Below the pieces are notes generated by a model. That model did no database searches. It had not been told where the DNA came from and saw nothing but the letters and a program-made list of their open reading frames with translations. DNA of 64,000 nucleotides from an uncultured Acidobacteriota bacterium. GTDB lineage: Bacteria > Acidobacteriota > Terriglobia > Acidiferrales > UBA7541. The stretch covers positions 34,527 through 98,526 of the forward strand of contig CAWHTN010000008.1 of assembly GCA_963832265.1 (NCBI GenBank), given 5' to 3'. This document shows positions 9,535-17,747 of the stretch, piece by piece; positions within the stretch are counted from its first letter, which is position 1, and every line of letters begins with the position of its first letter. The translations under genes and the position numbers were made by a program.

Positions 9535-10533
9535 ATGACCGACGCCCCACTTCTTCAGGCGCGCAAGCTGAGTGTGGATTTCGCCACCCGTGAAGGCGTT
9601 GTACGAGCAGTTTCCGAAGTGGATCTGGACCTGGCGGCGGGCGAAACGCTGGCGATCGTGGGGGAATCCGGCTCCGGCAAAAGCCAGATGCTCTTGAGCA
9701 TGCTGGGCCTCGTCGCCCGGAATGCGAGCGTCACAGGAAGCGCGAAATTTAAAGGCGAGGAACTGTTGACCGCTCCCGAAAAACGCCTGAATGAAATCCG
9801 CGGGTCCGGCATTGGGCTCGTCTTCCAGGATCCCATGACCTCCCTGAATCCATACCTATCCATCGGCCTGCAATTGACGGAGCCGGTGCGCATTCACAAA
9901 GGCGCGGATCGCGGCGCCGCTGCCGCACAAGCCATCGAAATGCTGAAGGCCGTGCACATTACGGAACCGGAGCGGCGCATGCGGCAATATCCGCACGAGC
10001 TTTCCGGAGGAATGCGGCAGCGGGTGGCCATCGCCATGGCCCTGATCTGCCGGCCCGAAATCCTGATCGCGGACGAACCAACCACCGCGCTGGACGTCAC
10101 TGTGCAGGCCCAGGTGCTTTCCCTTTTGCGCGAGATCCGGGAACAGTTTGGCACCGCGATCATCCTGGTGACGCACGACCTGGGCGTGATCGCCGAACTG
10201 GGCGACAGGGTGAACGTGATGTACGCGGGAAAAATAGTGGAACGAGGATCGGTGGACGATATTTTCTACAACTGCCGCCACCCTTACACCGAGGCGCTCG
10301 AACGCTCGATTCCCCAATTCACAAAGGTCCGCCCCGCGCGCCTGACAGCCATCTCGGGCAATCCTCCGAATCCCCTGCACCTGCCTCCCGGCTGCGCGTT
10401 CGCGCCCCGGTGTCCATATCGCCTGGATATCTGCGACAAGAGCGTGCCTCCACTTGAAACCGTTTCGCCAAACCACGCCAAGGCGTGTTTCTACGAGGGC
10501 CCGCTCGGAACTGCGGCGGAACTGTCCGCATGA
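9535..10533 (+). CDS. Peptide ABC transporter ATP-binding protein (OppD/DppD-like)
   Basis: Walker A GESGSGKS, signature LSGGMRQR, Walker B ILIADEPTTALD, and a C-terminal oligopeptide-type extension with Cys motif. Confidence 0.9.
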   Translation: MTDAPLLQARKLSVDFATREGVVRAVSEVDLDLAAGETLAIVGESGSGKSQMLLSMLGLVARNASVTGSAKFKGEELLTAPEKRLNEIRGSGIGLVFQDPMTSLNPYLSIGLQLTEPVRIHKGADRGAAAAQAIEMLKAVHITEPERRMRQYPHELSGGMRQRVAIAMALICRPEILIADEPTTALDVTVQAQVLSLLREIREQFGTAIILVTHDLGVIAELGDRVNVMYAGKIVERGSVDDIFYNCRHPYTEALERSIPQFTKVRPARLTAISGNPPNPLHLPPGCAFAPRCPYRLDICDKSVPPLETVSPNHAKACFYEGPLGTAAELSA

Positions 10534-11528
10534 GCGAACCCATCCTTTCGATTCGCAATTTGTGTGTGTACTTTGACGTTTCCGGCGACGGATGGTTTGG
10601 CCACCGGAAGGTCTTGCGCGCCGTTGACGGAGTAAGTTTCGACCTGGATCGAAGCGAGACGCTGGGAATCGTGGGCGAGTCGGGCTGCGGAAAATCCACG
10701 CTTGCCCGGGCAGTTTTGGGATTGGTCCACGTGACTTCCGGGGAAGTGCGCTTCGCAGGGCAAGATTTGGCCCGCCTTGATTCCGAAAAAATGCGCGAAC
10801 AGCGCCGCCACCTCCAGATCATCTTTCAAGACCCGCTATCTTCCCTCGACCCTCGCATGAACGTAGGGCAGATCATCGGCGAGCCCCTGCGTTCCTTCTT
10901 CCCCCGGATGACCCAGGAGGAGCGGCAAGCAAAGGTCGTCGAAATGATGCAGCACGTGGGCCTGTTGCCGGAGCAAATCAACCGGTACCCGCACGAGTTT
11001 TCAGGAGGGCAGGCCCAGAGAATCGGCATTGCCCGCGCCTTGATCTTGCAGCCCGAAGTCGTCGTCTGCGACGAGCCTGTTTCGGCGCTGGATGTTTCCA
11101 TCAAGGCGCAGATCGTGAACTTGCTCGCGGATCTGCAGGCGAAATTTGGCGTGTCGCTGCTCTTTATCGCGCACGACCTGGCATCGGTGCGCCACGTGAG
11201 CCACCGCGTGATGGTGCTCTACCTCGGCAAGGTGATGGAGCTGGCTCCGTGGGACGAAATCTATCGCGCGCCGCGCCATCCCTACACGCAGGCGCTGATC
11301 CAGGCTATTCCGCCCGCGGACCCGAAGCGCGCGCGGGCTAATCCGGCAAAACCTCTCGGCGGGGAGCTTCCTTCGCCGATTGCGCCGCCGTCCGGCTGCG
11401 TGTTTCGTACGCGGTGTCCCTATGCGATCGAGCGCTGTGCGCAAGAGGAGCCGGTCTTGCGCCGCATCGGGGAGAGCTTCGTCGCTTGCCATCTTGCGGA
11501 ACAGATTCCGAGTATCCCAAATTCGTAG
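10530..11528 (+). CDS. Peptide ABC transporter ATP-binding protein (OppF/DppF-like)
   Basis: ATGA overlap with the upstream stop. Walker A GESGCGKS, signature FSGGQAQR, Walker B VVCDEPVSALD. Confidence 0.9.
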   Translation: MSEPILSIRNLCVYFDVSGDGWFGHRKVLRAVDGVSFDLDRSETLGIVGESGCGKSTLARAVLGLVHVTSGEVRFAGQDLARLDSEKMREQRRHLQIIFQDPLSSLDPRMNVGQIIGEPLRSFFPRMTQEERQAKVVEMMQHVGLLPEQINRYPHEFSGGQAQRIGIARALILQPEVVVCDEPVSALDVSIKAQIVNLLADLQAKFGVSLLFIAHDLASVRHVSHRVMVLYLGKVMELAPWDEIYRAPRHPYTQALIQAIPPADPKRARANPAKPLGGELPSPIAPPSGCVFRTRCPYAIERCAQEEPVLRRIGESFVACHLAEQIPSIPNS

Positions 11529-11589
11529 TATTATGCGGCTGGGGAGTGTGGGAAGTTGAACTGGCTGCGTTTTCCCATTAAGTCCGGTA

Positions 11590-11615
11590 GGTTCGAGTCC
11601 ACCCCCTCTCCGCCA
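11590..11615 (+). other. Partial copy of the 3' end of tRNA-Ser (T-loop to CCA); att-like remnant or tRNA pseudogene fragment
   Basis: GGTTCGAGTCCACCCCCTCTCCGCCA versus tRNA-Ser 5835-5859 GGTTCGAATCCCCCCCTCTCCGCCA: 1 substitution + 1 inserted A. The upstream sequence does not fold into a cloverleaf by hand. Confidence 0.6.
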
Positions 11616-11720
11616 CATCCAGCAGTGGGTACGCGACTCCCAGATATGCCTCAGAGTGAGACTCTGGAATGTGACTCACAGGCAGGAGAGCCACAAGACC
11701 CCGATTGCGGAAAATGAGCC

Positions 11721-12200
11721 ATGACGGACGCACTGGCAAAAGTTAAAAAAAAATTGCAGGATGAAATCACGACGCTCGAGCATGAGATGAGCGTGGAGCT
11801 GCCGAAAGAGCTCATGAAGGCCCGCGCCCACGGAGACCTCTCCGAAAACGCCGAGTTCAAGTATGCCAAGGAGCGCCAGGGCTATGTTTCGGCGCGCCTC
11901 GGCCAATTGAAGAAACGCATGGGCGACCTCGGCATGCTGAACCTGAATAATATTCCCGCCGACCGAGCCGGTTACGGCTCACGCGTCTGGGTGCTGGACA
12001 CCAAGAAATCCGTCGAGATCGAGTATAAACTGGTCAGCACGGAGGAAGCGGACGTCACGCTGGGTTTGATTTCGACCACCTCCCCGATCGGAAAAGCGCT
12101 CCTGGGACGAAACGTCGGCGATGAAGTCAAAGTGCAAACGCCCGCGGGGATCAAGGAATTCGAGATCGTTCGCTTGAAAACCATCCACGAAGACGAATAG
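11721..12200 (+). CDS. greA: Transcription elongation factor GreA
   Basis: 159 aa. Coiled-coil N-terminus with HGDLSENAEFKYAKERQ, and a C-terminal FKBP-like domain ending SPIGKALLGRNVGDEVKVQTPAG. Confidence 0.92.
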   Translation: MTDALAKVKKKLQDEITTLEHEMSVELPKELMKARAHGDLSENAEFKYAKERQGYVSARLGQLKKRMGDLGMLNLNNIPADRAGYGSRVWVLDTKKSVEIEYKLVSTEEADVTLGLISTTSPIGKALLGRNVGDEVKVQTPAGIKEFEIVRLKTIHEDE

Positions 12201-12250
12201 CGGCGCGGAGGTTTGTTCACCCGCATTCCTGTAAGGAGGGGCTGATATCG

Positions 12251-12523
12251 ATGCGTCATGTAGGGCTGCTCGGCGCCGTGGGAGAGACCATGGCCCTTCT
12301 GGGCCTGGGTCTGCTGTGGACGTACCGCGAGCAGGCGGCCGACTGGCTGCGTGAGCTTCTCGAAATCTGGCGCGGGGAGGTTTCAGGGCGCGACCCGCAT
12401 CTCTCCGATCCGGTCTACCGGAGGTCGAAACCGCGGCGGCCGCGCGGCGCGCTTGCGCTCATCAGCGCCGTGGCATTGGTTTTTATCGGGCAAATTCTCT
12501 TCCTCATCGACCTCACGTTTTAG
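12251..12523 (+). CDS. Hypothetical small membrane protein
   Basis: 90 aa with two hydrophobic segments flanking a basic loop. No recognisable domain. Confidence 0.4.
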   Translation: MRHVGLLGAVGETMALLGLGLLWTYREQAADWLRELLEIWRGEVSGRDPHLSDPVYRRSKPRRPRGALALISAVALVFIGQILFLIDLTF

Positions 12524-12585
12524 AATCAAATTAGCCTAAATTTCTCGAATCCACGTCGGGCACGGCTTCACAGGTTGCGGAAAAA

Positions 12586-12725
12586 GGGCCCAACGCTTTT
12601 TGTCATTCCGAGCGAAGCGAGGAATCTCTCTTTCTTTTCATGGGGTTAAATCGAAGAGAGATTCCTCGCTTCGCTCGGAATGACAAAATGAACTTCTTTT
12701 TCCGCAGGCTTGAAGCCTGTTCTAC
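12586..12725. repeat. ~140-bp long-palindrome element, copy 1 (MITE/ERIC-like) ending in a short hairpin + CTAC
   Basis: Perfect 30-nt arms TGTCATTCCGAGCGAAGCGAGGAATCTCTC (12601-12630) / reverse complement (12656-12685). The flanks and arms are repeated at 14736-14876. Confidence 0.85.
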
Positions 12726-13075
12726 TGGTAGGAAGGTCGCGGGACCCGCTCCAAAGGAGCCGGCCCCGCACGGTGATTGAGGTCCCACGTCGTCAGTCCA
12801 CGGGCCCTTTTGCCCCCCGAGATGTCGTCGCGGAAGTTGAGGATGTAGTTGAGGTGGTGTTCGAGGGTGAAACAGAAGACGGCGCAGAACCCGGCCTTGA
12901 AATCGCATCGGAGGCAGCGGGCACGCGTCGTTCGCGCGGCGTCCCGGATCGTTCGATTCTCCGATTGATTTCCATGGCGGCTCCAAAATTCTCCGCGGCG
13001 CCTTTCACGAACCGCGGAGCTAAGATTGCAAGCGGGCCGTCCAGGAAAATAAATAAATAGGACGGTCCCGCTCAT
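12722..13075 (-). pseudogene. Possible decayed C-terminal remnant of a REP-associated (IS200/IS605-like Y1) transposase; very tentative
   Basis: The stretch EFWSRH...RCLRCDFKAGFC aligns by eye in spacing with the RFWQRRYYD...YIHRNPVKRGLV end of RAYT-type proteins. The catalytic HxH/Y regions are absent. The stop codon is formed by the CTAC of the adjacent REP. Confidence 0.25.
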
Positions 13076-13300
13076 CCCCCACGCACGGGAGAAAATAAGC
13101 TTCGCTCTTCTCAGCCTTTGCAGGATGCACGAATACTTCCATTCAGGGATCGAACGGAAGTAGTTCGTTAAACCTGCTACTCTGAAAGAGTTACTGCGGA
13201 TTTCTGATTTTTGGAATCGGGGGTTTGCTGTAGTACTAGTCCTGAAATTCTTGCTCGCTTCGACGCGTTTTGTCGGAATGCGGACACCATGTCGATCCGG

Positions 13301-13370
13301 GTAGAACAGGCTTCCGTCTGGTGGGTTTTGCCTTCCTTTCGGAAAACCCACAGGCTGAAGCCTGTGCTAC
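13301..13370. repeat. REP doublet class A, left copy degenerate
   Basis: GTAGAACAGGCTTCCGTCTGGTGGG (13301-13325, degenerate) and CCCACAGGCTGAAGCCTGTGCTAC (13347-13370). Confidence 0.7.
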
Positions 13371-13445
13371 TAAACCCGAATCCGCAACTGTTCCAGCGAA
13401 GGCCAGATCCAAATAATTGCACGATTTACGGCTCACGAGTCACGC

Positions 13446-13769
13446 TCATCCTTGCGAATTCGTAATGACGGCGGCGGCGCGAAACACGGCGGCCAGGAGT
13501 TCCACAACGATACGGCAGTACACAATCCACAGAAGCAGGGCCGGAACGCCGAGAATCAGCGCCAGCAGACCATTGGACGTGGAAGTTTGGAACCCGCTGA
13601 ACACGAACCAGACGGCGGCGACCAATCCGATCAGCAAATGAACGCCATAGAGCAGTTTCAGCATGCGCGGCGTCACCAGTCGCTGAAACGAAAAGTCCAT
13701 CAGGTTCTCAATCAGGCCGTTTTCCCGGGGGATCGCTTGCCCTTCGATGTAGGACTGTGCGGTTGCCAT
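13446..13769 (-). CDS. DUF4282-like small membrane protein
   Basis: MDFSFQRLVTPRMLKLLYGVHLL followed by two TM segments, the typical DUF4282 layout. Start probably MATAQSYIEG at 13769. Confidence 0.6.
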   Translation of the reverse strand: MATAQSYIEGQAIPRENGLIENLMDFSFQRLVTPRMLKLLYGVHLLIGLVAAVWFVFSGFQTSTSNGLLALILGVPALLLWIVYCRIVVELLAAVFRAAAVITNSQG

Positions 13770-14100
13770 GGCGTGATTCCTCCAGTCAAGAATTTTCGGG
13801 CAGGGAATTCCATCGTACACAAATGCGCGATGCAGGCCTCCTCTTCCGAAGGACGGGCCTGTTCAAAGAAATAGCTGGCCAATCGTACAGGTCGCGCAGA
13901 ACTTGCCGTGGGACACATCAGGCGGGCACGAATCATACCCCCCGAGAAAGCCCACGGCCACTATGCAGGGGTTTACACCAGCCACCAATCACAAGTCACC
14001 AGTCACATTTTTTTCCTCTGGACCCCCGCTCCGGCCCGCGCTATAAGTCCGCATCAGTTTGAGACCGCAGCCGCCGCGGCTGCCCCGAGTGAGGCCGATC

Positions 14101-14736
14101 ATGTTCTGTCAACGGTGTGGATTGCGAGTGGAGGAAGGCAACCGATTTTGCCAGGCCTGCGGCCTGGAGGTCGGCGCCACCGTAGCCGCAGAGCCCGTGG
14201 CCGCGAGCCCGCTCCCTCCGCCGATTGCGGCGAGCCCACATGCTCCCGCGGTGCAGCCGTATGCTGGATTCTGGCTGCGCTTTGCCGCAGCTCTCGTCGA
14301 CGGACTGATTCTTGGCATCCCTTTCTGGATCGTCGTGGGCGTTATGATTTCGATGTTTGGCGGACTTGGATTGATCCTCCACAGAATTCCGCGCGGTTCA
14401 CAGCCGACGGATCCGCGCGAGGTCATGGCTCTTTTCGCGCCGTTCTTCATGGCGCTCCTTCTCGGGTGGATCGTCTTCTTTATTTTGCAGTGGCTATACT
14501 TCGCGGTGATGGAAAGCTCGCCGCGCCAGGCGACCTTCGGCAAGTCCGTGATGTCCCTGCGCGTAACCGATGCTGAGGGGCAGCGCATTTCGTTTGGCCA
14601 CGCCACCGGCCGCTTCTTCGCGAAACTTGTCAGCGGAATGGTTCCGCTCGGCATTGGTTACATCATGGCGGGATTCACAGAGAGAAAGCAGGCCCTGCAC
14701 GATTTGATCGCGGGAACGCTGGTGTTCAGGAAATAG
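14101..14736 (+). CDS. RDD-family membrane protein with N-terminal zinc-ribbon
   Basis: MFCQRCGLRVEEGNRFCQACG (CxxC...CxxC). YAGFWLRFAAALVDGLIL and C-terminal ALHDLIAGTLV are typical of RDD domains. Confidence 0.75.
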   Translation: MFCQRCGLRVEEGNRFCQACGLEVGATVAAEPVAASPLPPPIAASPHAPAVQPYAGFWLRFAAALVDGLILGIPFWIVVGVMISMFGGLGLILHRIPRGSQPTDPREVMALFAPFFMALLLGWIVFFILQWLYFAVMESSPRQATFGKSVMSLRVTDAEGQRISFGHATGRFFAKLVSGMVPLGIGYIMAGFTERKQALHDLIAGTLVFRK

Positions 14737-14876
14737 GGCCCCACTCCTTTTGTCATTCCGAGCGAAGCGAGGAATCTCTCTTTCTTTTCATGGGACAAAA
14801 CCGAAGAGAGATTCCTCGCTTCGCTCGGAATGACAAAATAAACTACTTTTTCCGCAGCCTGTTCAGCCTATCCTAC
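14736..14876. repeat. ~140-bp long-palindrome element, copy 2 (same orientation as copy 1)
   Basis: Identical 30-nt arms at 14751-14780 / 14805-14834. The loop differs from copy 1. Ends ...TCCTAC at 14876. Confidence 0.85.
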
Positions 14877-14880
14877 TTGA

Positions 14881-17310
14881 CTACGGCAGCAACCCGAACT
14901 CGGCCACGCTGTTTGTCGTCGCGGCGAACACCTTGCCGTCGGCGATCATGGGCGTGATGAATTTGTTGCCGCTGCCGAAATGGTCTCGGCTGTTGGACGC
15001 CTGGTTGCTGTTGTAGAGCTCTTGCGTCAGGTCATTCGCGGCGAAGGCGTGCAGGACGGCCGTGCCCGTATTTTCAATGGCCCAGACGATGCCGTTGGAG
15101 GTCCCATTGGCCGAGACGCTGGGGAGCACGCCGGGATAAGTGAACGACGCTCCTGTTTGGACCGGCGTGGTGGCAAGCTTTCCGCTCGCGATCGAGAAAG
15201 ATTTCAGAGTTGAGCCCTGGTCGCAGTAGTAGACCGTGCTATTGAAATACGCCGGCACGCCCCATACTCCGTTCGGCACGGCTCCAGGCAATTCCTGATA
15301 CACGTTGTTCGAGTTCGCGTTCCATTTGCCCATGTTGTTGCGGTTCACCACGTAGAGATTTCCGTCTTTCCCCGCGCCAACCGCCAGATTGAGAGTGCTC
15401 GCCGTGCCGTAGGCCAGGTCAGGCAACACCATGGCTCCGCCGGAACCGAGGTCCACGTCTCCGCCCGACTCGTTCACCGTGTTCGACATATTGAAATAGT
15501 CCGCGACCTTGAGAGTGCCGCCCGCCGTGGAAACCTTGACGTAGCCATTGCCATAATCTTGCTGGTTCGGGAAACCGTTCGCGTCGAGTGTAGTGTCGAA
15601 CGTGCCGTTCGCGATCAGGGCGTAGATGTTACCCTGTGCGTCGGCCGCCAGGCCTCCGCCGCTTTGCCAGATCGATCCTTCGCTGCCGTTGGGAGTGAGA
15701 TTGAGCACGCTCGTTTGCGCCAGGCTTGTTTGGTTGTAGCCCATGATCCACCCGGTGTACGGGTTGAAATCGCAATGCGAAGCCCAGCTCGTATAAACCA
15801 CGCCGTTCAGAAGAAGCAACGCGGCTCGATCCTTGTATTGCTTGGGATCGAAGACGACTTGTCCTCCGGAGCTGTTGGCTCCGGTTCCGGGATACATCGC
15901 ATGAACCGTGATGGGCCCGCCCTCCAGCTCGGCGCCGGTCGTGATGTCGAGGGCGTGGAGGCGCTGAAAATATGTTGAACCATTTTTCGACATGGCCACG
16001 GCATAGAGGATGCCGTGCGCGCCGGCCGCGCGGTCGATCACCGGCGTCGAGGTGATGCCGATTTCCGGCGAGACTTGGCCGCAACCGCGGTCGTCGCTGC
16101 TCGTTTCGCCCGATCCGAGCAGCGAAACTTTCCAGAGCTGCGCGCCGGTGTCGGAATCGAAAGCGTAGGCCGAGTCGTGCTCGGTCACGATGAACACGAC
16201 GTTGTGCGCGCTGCCTCCCACGGAGAGTTGCGACAGATACAGCGGTTCCGCGTCCACCCCGCCGTCCACGGCGAGGTTGCGGAGCAGGCCGAACGTCGTC
16301 GAATTCACGCTGGCCAGCGTCAATTTTGTTTCCGTAGTGTTCTGGCCGGTGCGGGCAATGTCGTTGTGATAGGTCGTGACGTCGGTTCCGGGAGAAGTGA
16401 CGACCGGGTTGACGGTCAGCGTTGCCGGATTGCTCGTAATGTTGGTGACGGGGTTGGTGACGATCACGCGGAATGTCGCGCCGTTGTCGCCGGAAACCGT
16501 CGCCGGCGTTGTGTAACTTGCTGCCATTGCGCCGGGAATGTTCAAGTTATTTTTCTGCCATTGATAGGTGAGAGGCGCGGTTCCCGAAGCCACGACGGAA
16601 AATGTCGCGGTTTGTCCCACGGTCACCGTCTGGTTGGACGGCTGTGTCGTGATGCTCGGCCCAACGGAAGCCGGGTTTACCGTCAAGGTTGCCGAGTTGC
16701 TCGTAATGGTGGACACGGAGTTGGTCACCATCACGCGAAACGTCGCGCCATTGTCGCCGGAAACCGTTGCTGGTGTTGTATAGCTCGCTGCCGTCGCGCC
16801 GGAAATATTCGAGTTATTCTTTTGCCACTGATAGGTAAGGGGCGCGGTTCCTGCGGCCACTACGGAAAAAGTCGCGGTCTGTCCCGCGGTCACCGTCTGG
16901 TGCGCCGGCTGCGTCGTAATGCTTGGCGCCACGGGAGCAGCATCTACAGTTAAAGTAGCCGGCGCGCTCATCGCGCTGCCGGCCGAGTTGCTGACGACCA
17001 CGCGGAACGCCGCGCCATTGTCGCTGGAAACCGTTGCCGGAGTCGTGTAGGTCGAGGATATCGCGCCGCTGATGTTGGCGCTGTTTTTCTGCCACTGGTA
17101 GGTGAACGGCTCCGTTCCCGTCGCAGTCACGGAGAAGTTCGCCGGGTGCCCCACCGTGACAGTCTGGCTTGCCGGCTGAATCGCGAACCCGGGGACGGTC
17201 ACTTTCGTCGATAACGATGGATTAGTCGTGCCGACGCAACCCCACAGCGCCAGCGCAAGCGTGAGAAAGCATGCGACCGCAGCAAATTCCTGTTTGCGTT
17301 TCGTAAGCAT
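14881..17310 (-). CDS. Secreted lipoprotein: three Ig-like repeats + PQQ-like beta-propeller domain
   Basis: Signal/lipobox LALWGC. Three ~89-aa repeats (QTVTxGQTATFSVxAxGTAPLTYQWQKNN...TLTV). The C-terminal half has repeated G-x-LW / ALD-x-TG propeller-like motifs. Confidence 0.7.
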   Translation of the reverse strand: MLTKRKQEFAAVACFLTLALALWGCVGTTNPSLSTKVTVPGFAIQPASQTVTVGHPANFSVTATGTEPFTYQWQKNSANISGAISSTYTTPATVSSDNGAAFRVVVSNSAGSAMSAPATLTVDAAPVAPSITTQPAHQTVTAGQTATFSVVAAGTAPLTYQWQKNNSNISGATAASYTTPATVSGDNGATFRVMVTNSVSTITSNSATLTVNPASVGPSITTQPSNQTVTVGQTATFSVVASGTAPLTYQWQKNNLNIPGAMAASYTTPATVSGDNGATFRVIVTNPVTNITSNPATLTVNPVVTSPGTDVTTYHNDIARTGQNTTETKLTLASVNSTTFGLLRNLAVDGGVDAEPLYLSQLSVGGSAHNVVFIVTEHDSAYAFDSDTGAQLWKVSLLGSGETSSDDRGCGQVSPEIGITSTPVIDRAAGAHGILYAVAMSKNGSTYFQRLHALDITTGAELEGGPITVHAMYPGTGANSSGGQVVFDPKQYKDRAALLLLNGVVYTSWASHCDFNPYTGWIMGYNQTSLAQTSVLNLTPNGSEGSIWQSGGGLAADAQGNIYALIANGTFDTTLDANGFPNQQDYGNGYVKVSTAGGTLKVADYFNMSNTVNESGGDVDLGSGGAMVLPDLAYGTASTLNLAVGAGKDGNLYVVNRNNMGKWNANSNNVYQELPGAVPNGVWGVPAYFNSTVYYCDQGSTLKSFSIASGKLATTPVQTGASFTYPGVLPSVSANGTSNGIVWAIENTGTAVLHAFAANDLTQELYNSNQASNSRDHFGSGNKFITPMIADGKVFAATTNSVAEFGLLP
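16390..17193 (-). repeat. Intragenic tandem repeat, 3 x ~267 bp (Ig-like modules)
   Basis: Repeats 2 and 3 are ~85% identical at protein level by eye; repeat 1 is more diverged. Confidence 0.8.
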
Positions 17311-17523
17311 AGTAAAAGTTCCCGTGACACGAGAGGCTGGCACTTCCTAGTTTAAGCCGGAAGAGCGTTTGGAACACCTGTTCGCAAGGCCGGATTTGGT
17401 CTCCTGTTCAGGAAGGGCACATTTGCACGTGGGTGAGGGCGATGCGCGGCTTCGGTATCTGCTTTGAACCCGACAGAGTCTCGATTAAAAAATCGTCTCG
17501 GTAGTTCTGGCTTCTAGGAGGTC

Positions 17524-17653
17524 GGGGCTTCAGCCCCGACGTTCAGGCTTGCGCATTTGTGGGCCTTGGCCCCTGAAGCTTCAGGGCCTAAAGGCCTCGT
17601 TCACGCGTCGCTGATCGTCCGACCTAAAGGTCGGACCTCCTAAACGGCAACCT
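17524..17653. repeat. REP-like hairpin pair, class E
   Basis: CTAGGAGGTCGGGGCTTCAGCCCCGAC (17524-17550) and GTCCGACCTAAAGGTCGGACCTCCTAA (17627-17653). An extra palindrome CCCTGAAGCTTCAGGG lies between them. Confidence 0.65.
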
Positions 17654-17747
17654 CAAATTCGATTGCGGCGAAAGGCTGAAATTAAGTCAGTACGTTGACT
17701 CCGCCGGGATTGGATGCGCCGCGCGGTTATGCTAACGTCTTCCCCTT

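Noticed and set aside
11541-11615. Complete tRNA (or tRNA-Sec) downstream of the ABC operon
   Set aside because: Only 6 acceptor pairs form (GGGGAG/CTCTCC with one G-U). The T stem has two internal mismatches, I could not build D or anticodon arms, and there is no TCA anticodon loop. Only the last 26 nt resemble a tRNA (the tRNA-Ser 3' end). This needs a covariance-model scan to be definitive.
12710-13060. 116-aa plus-strand ORF rich in Glu/Val/Arg
   Set aside because: It has no motifs and a repetitive acidic composition, and it lies antisense to the RAYT-like remnant reading. It is probably a shadow frame. Neither strand is strongly supported here.
13908-14576. 222-aa ORF overlapping the RDD gene in another frame
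   Set aside because: It has Arg/Ala/Pro-rich shadow composition. The co-located frame 14101..14736 carries clear zinc-ribbon and RDD motifs.
16015-16953. 312-aa plus-strand ORF (and similar long antisense ORFs, for example 51602..52480, 54898..55761, 43288..43929, 9856..10476)
   Set aside because: Each lies antisense to a gene with clear domain motifs. The translations are Arg/Gly/His-rich low-complexity sequence, typical of shadow ORFs in high-G+C DNA.
17350-17747. Small RNA or riboswitch in the 400-bp divergent region upstream of purN
   Set aside because: The conspicuous structures are REP-class hairpins also found elsewhere. I recognise no purine-riboswitch or other known leader consensus. 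This cannot be excluded without an Rfam scan.
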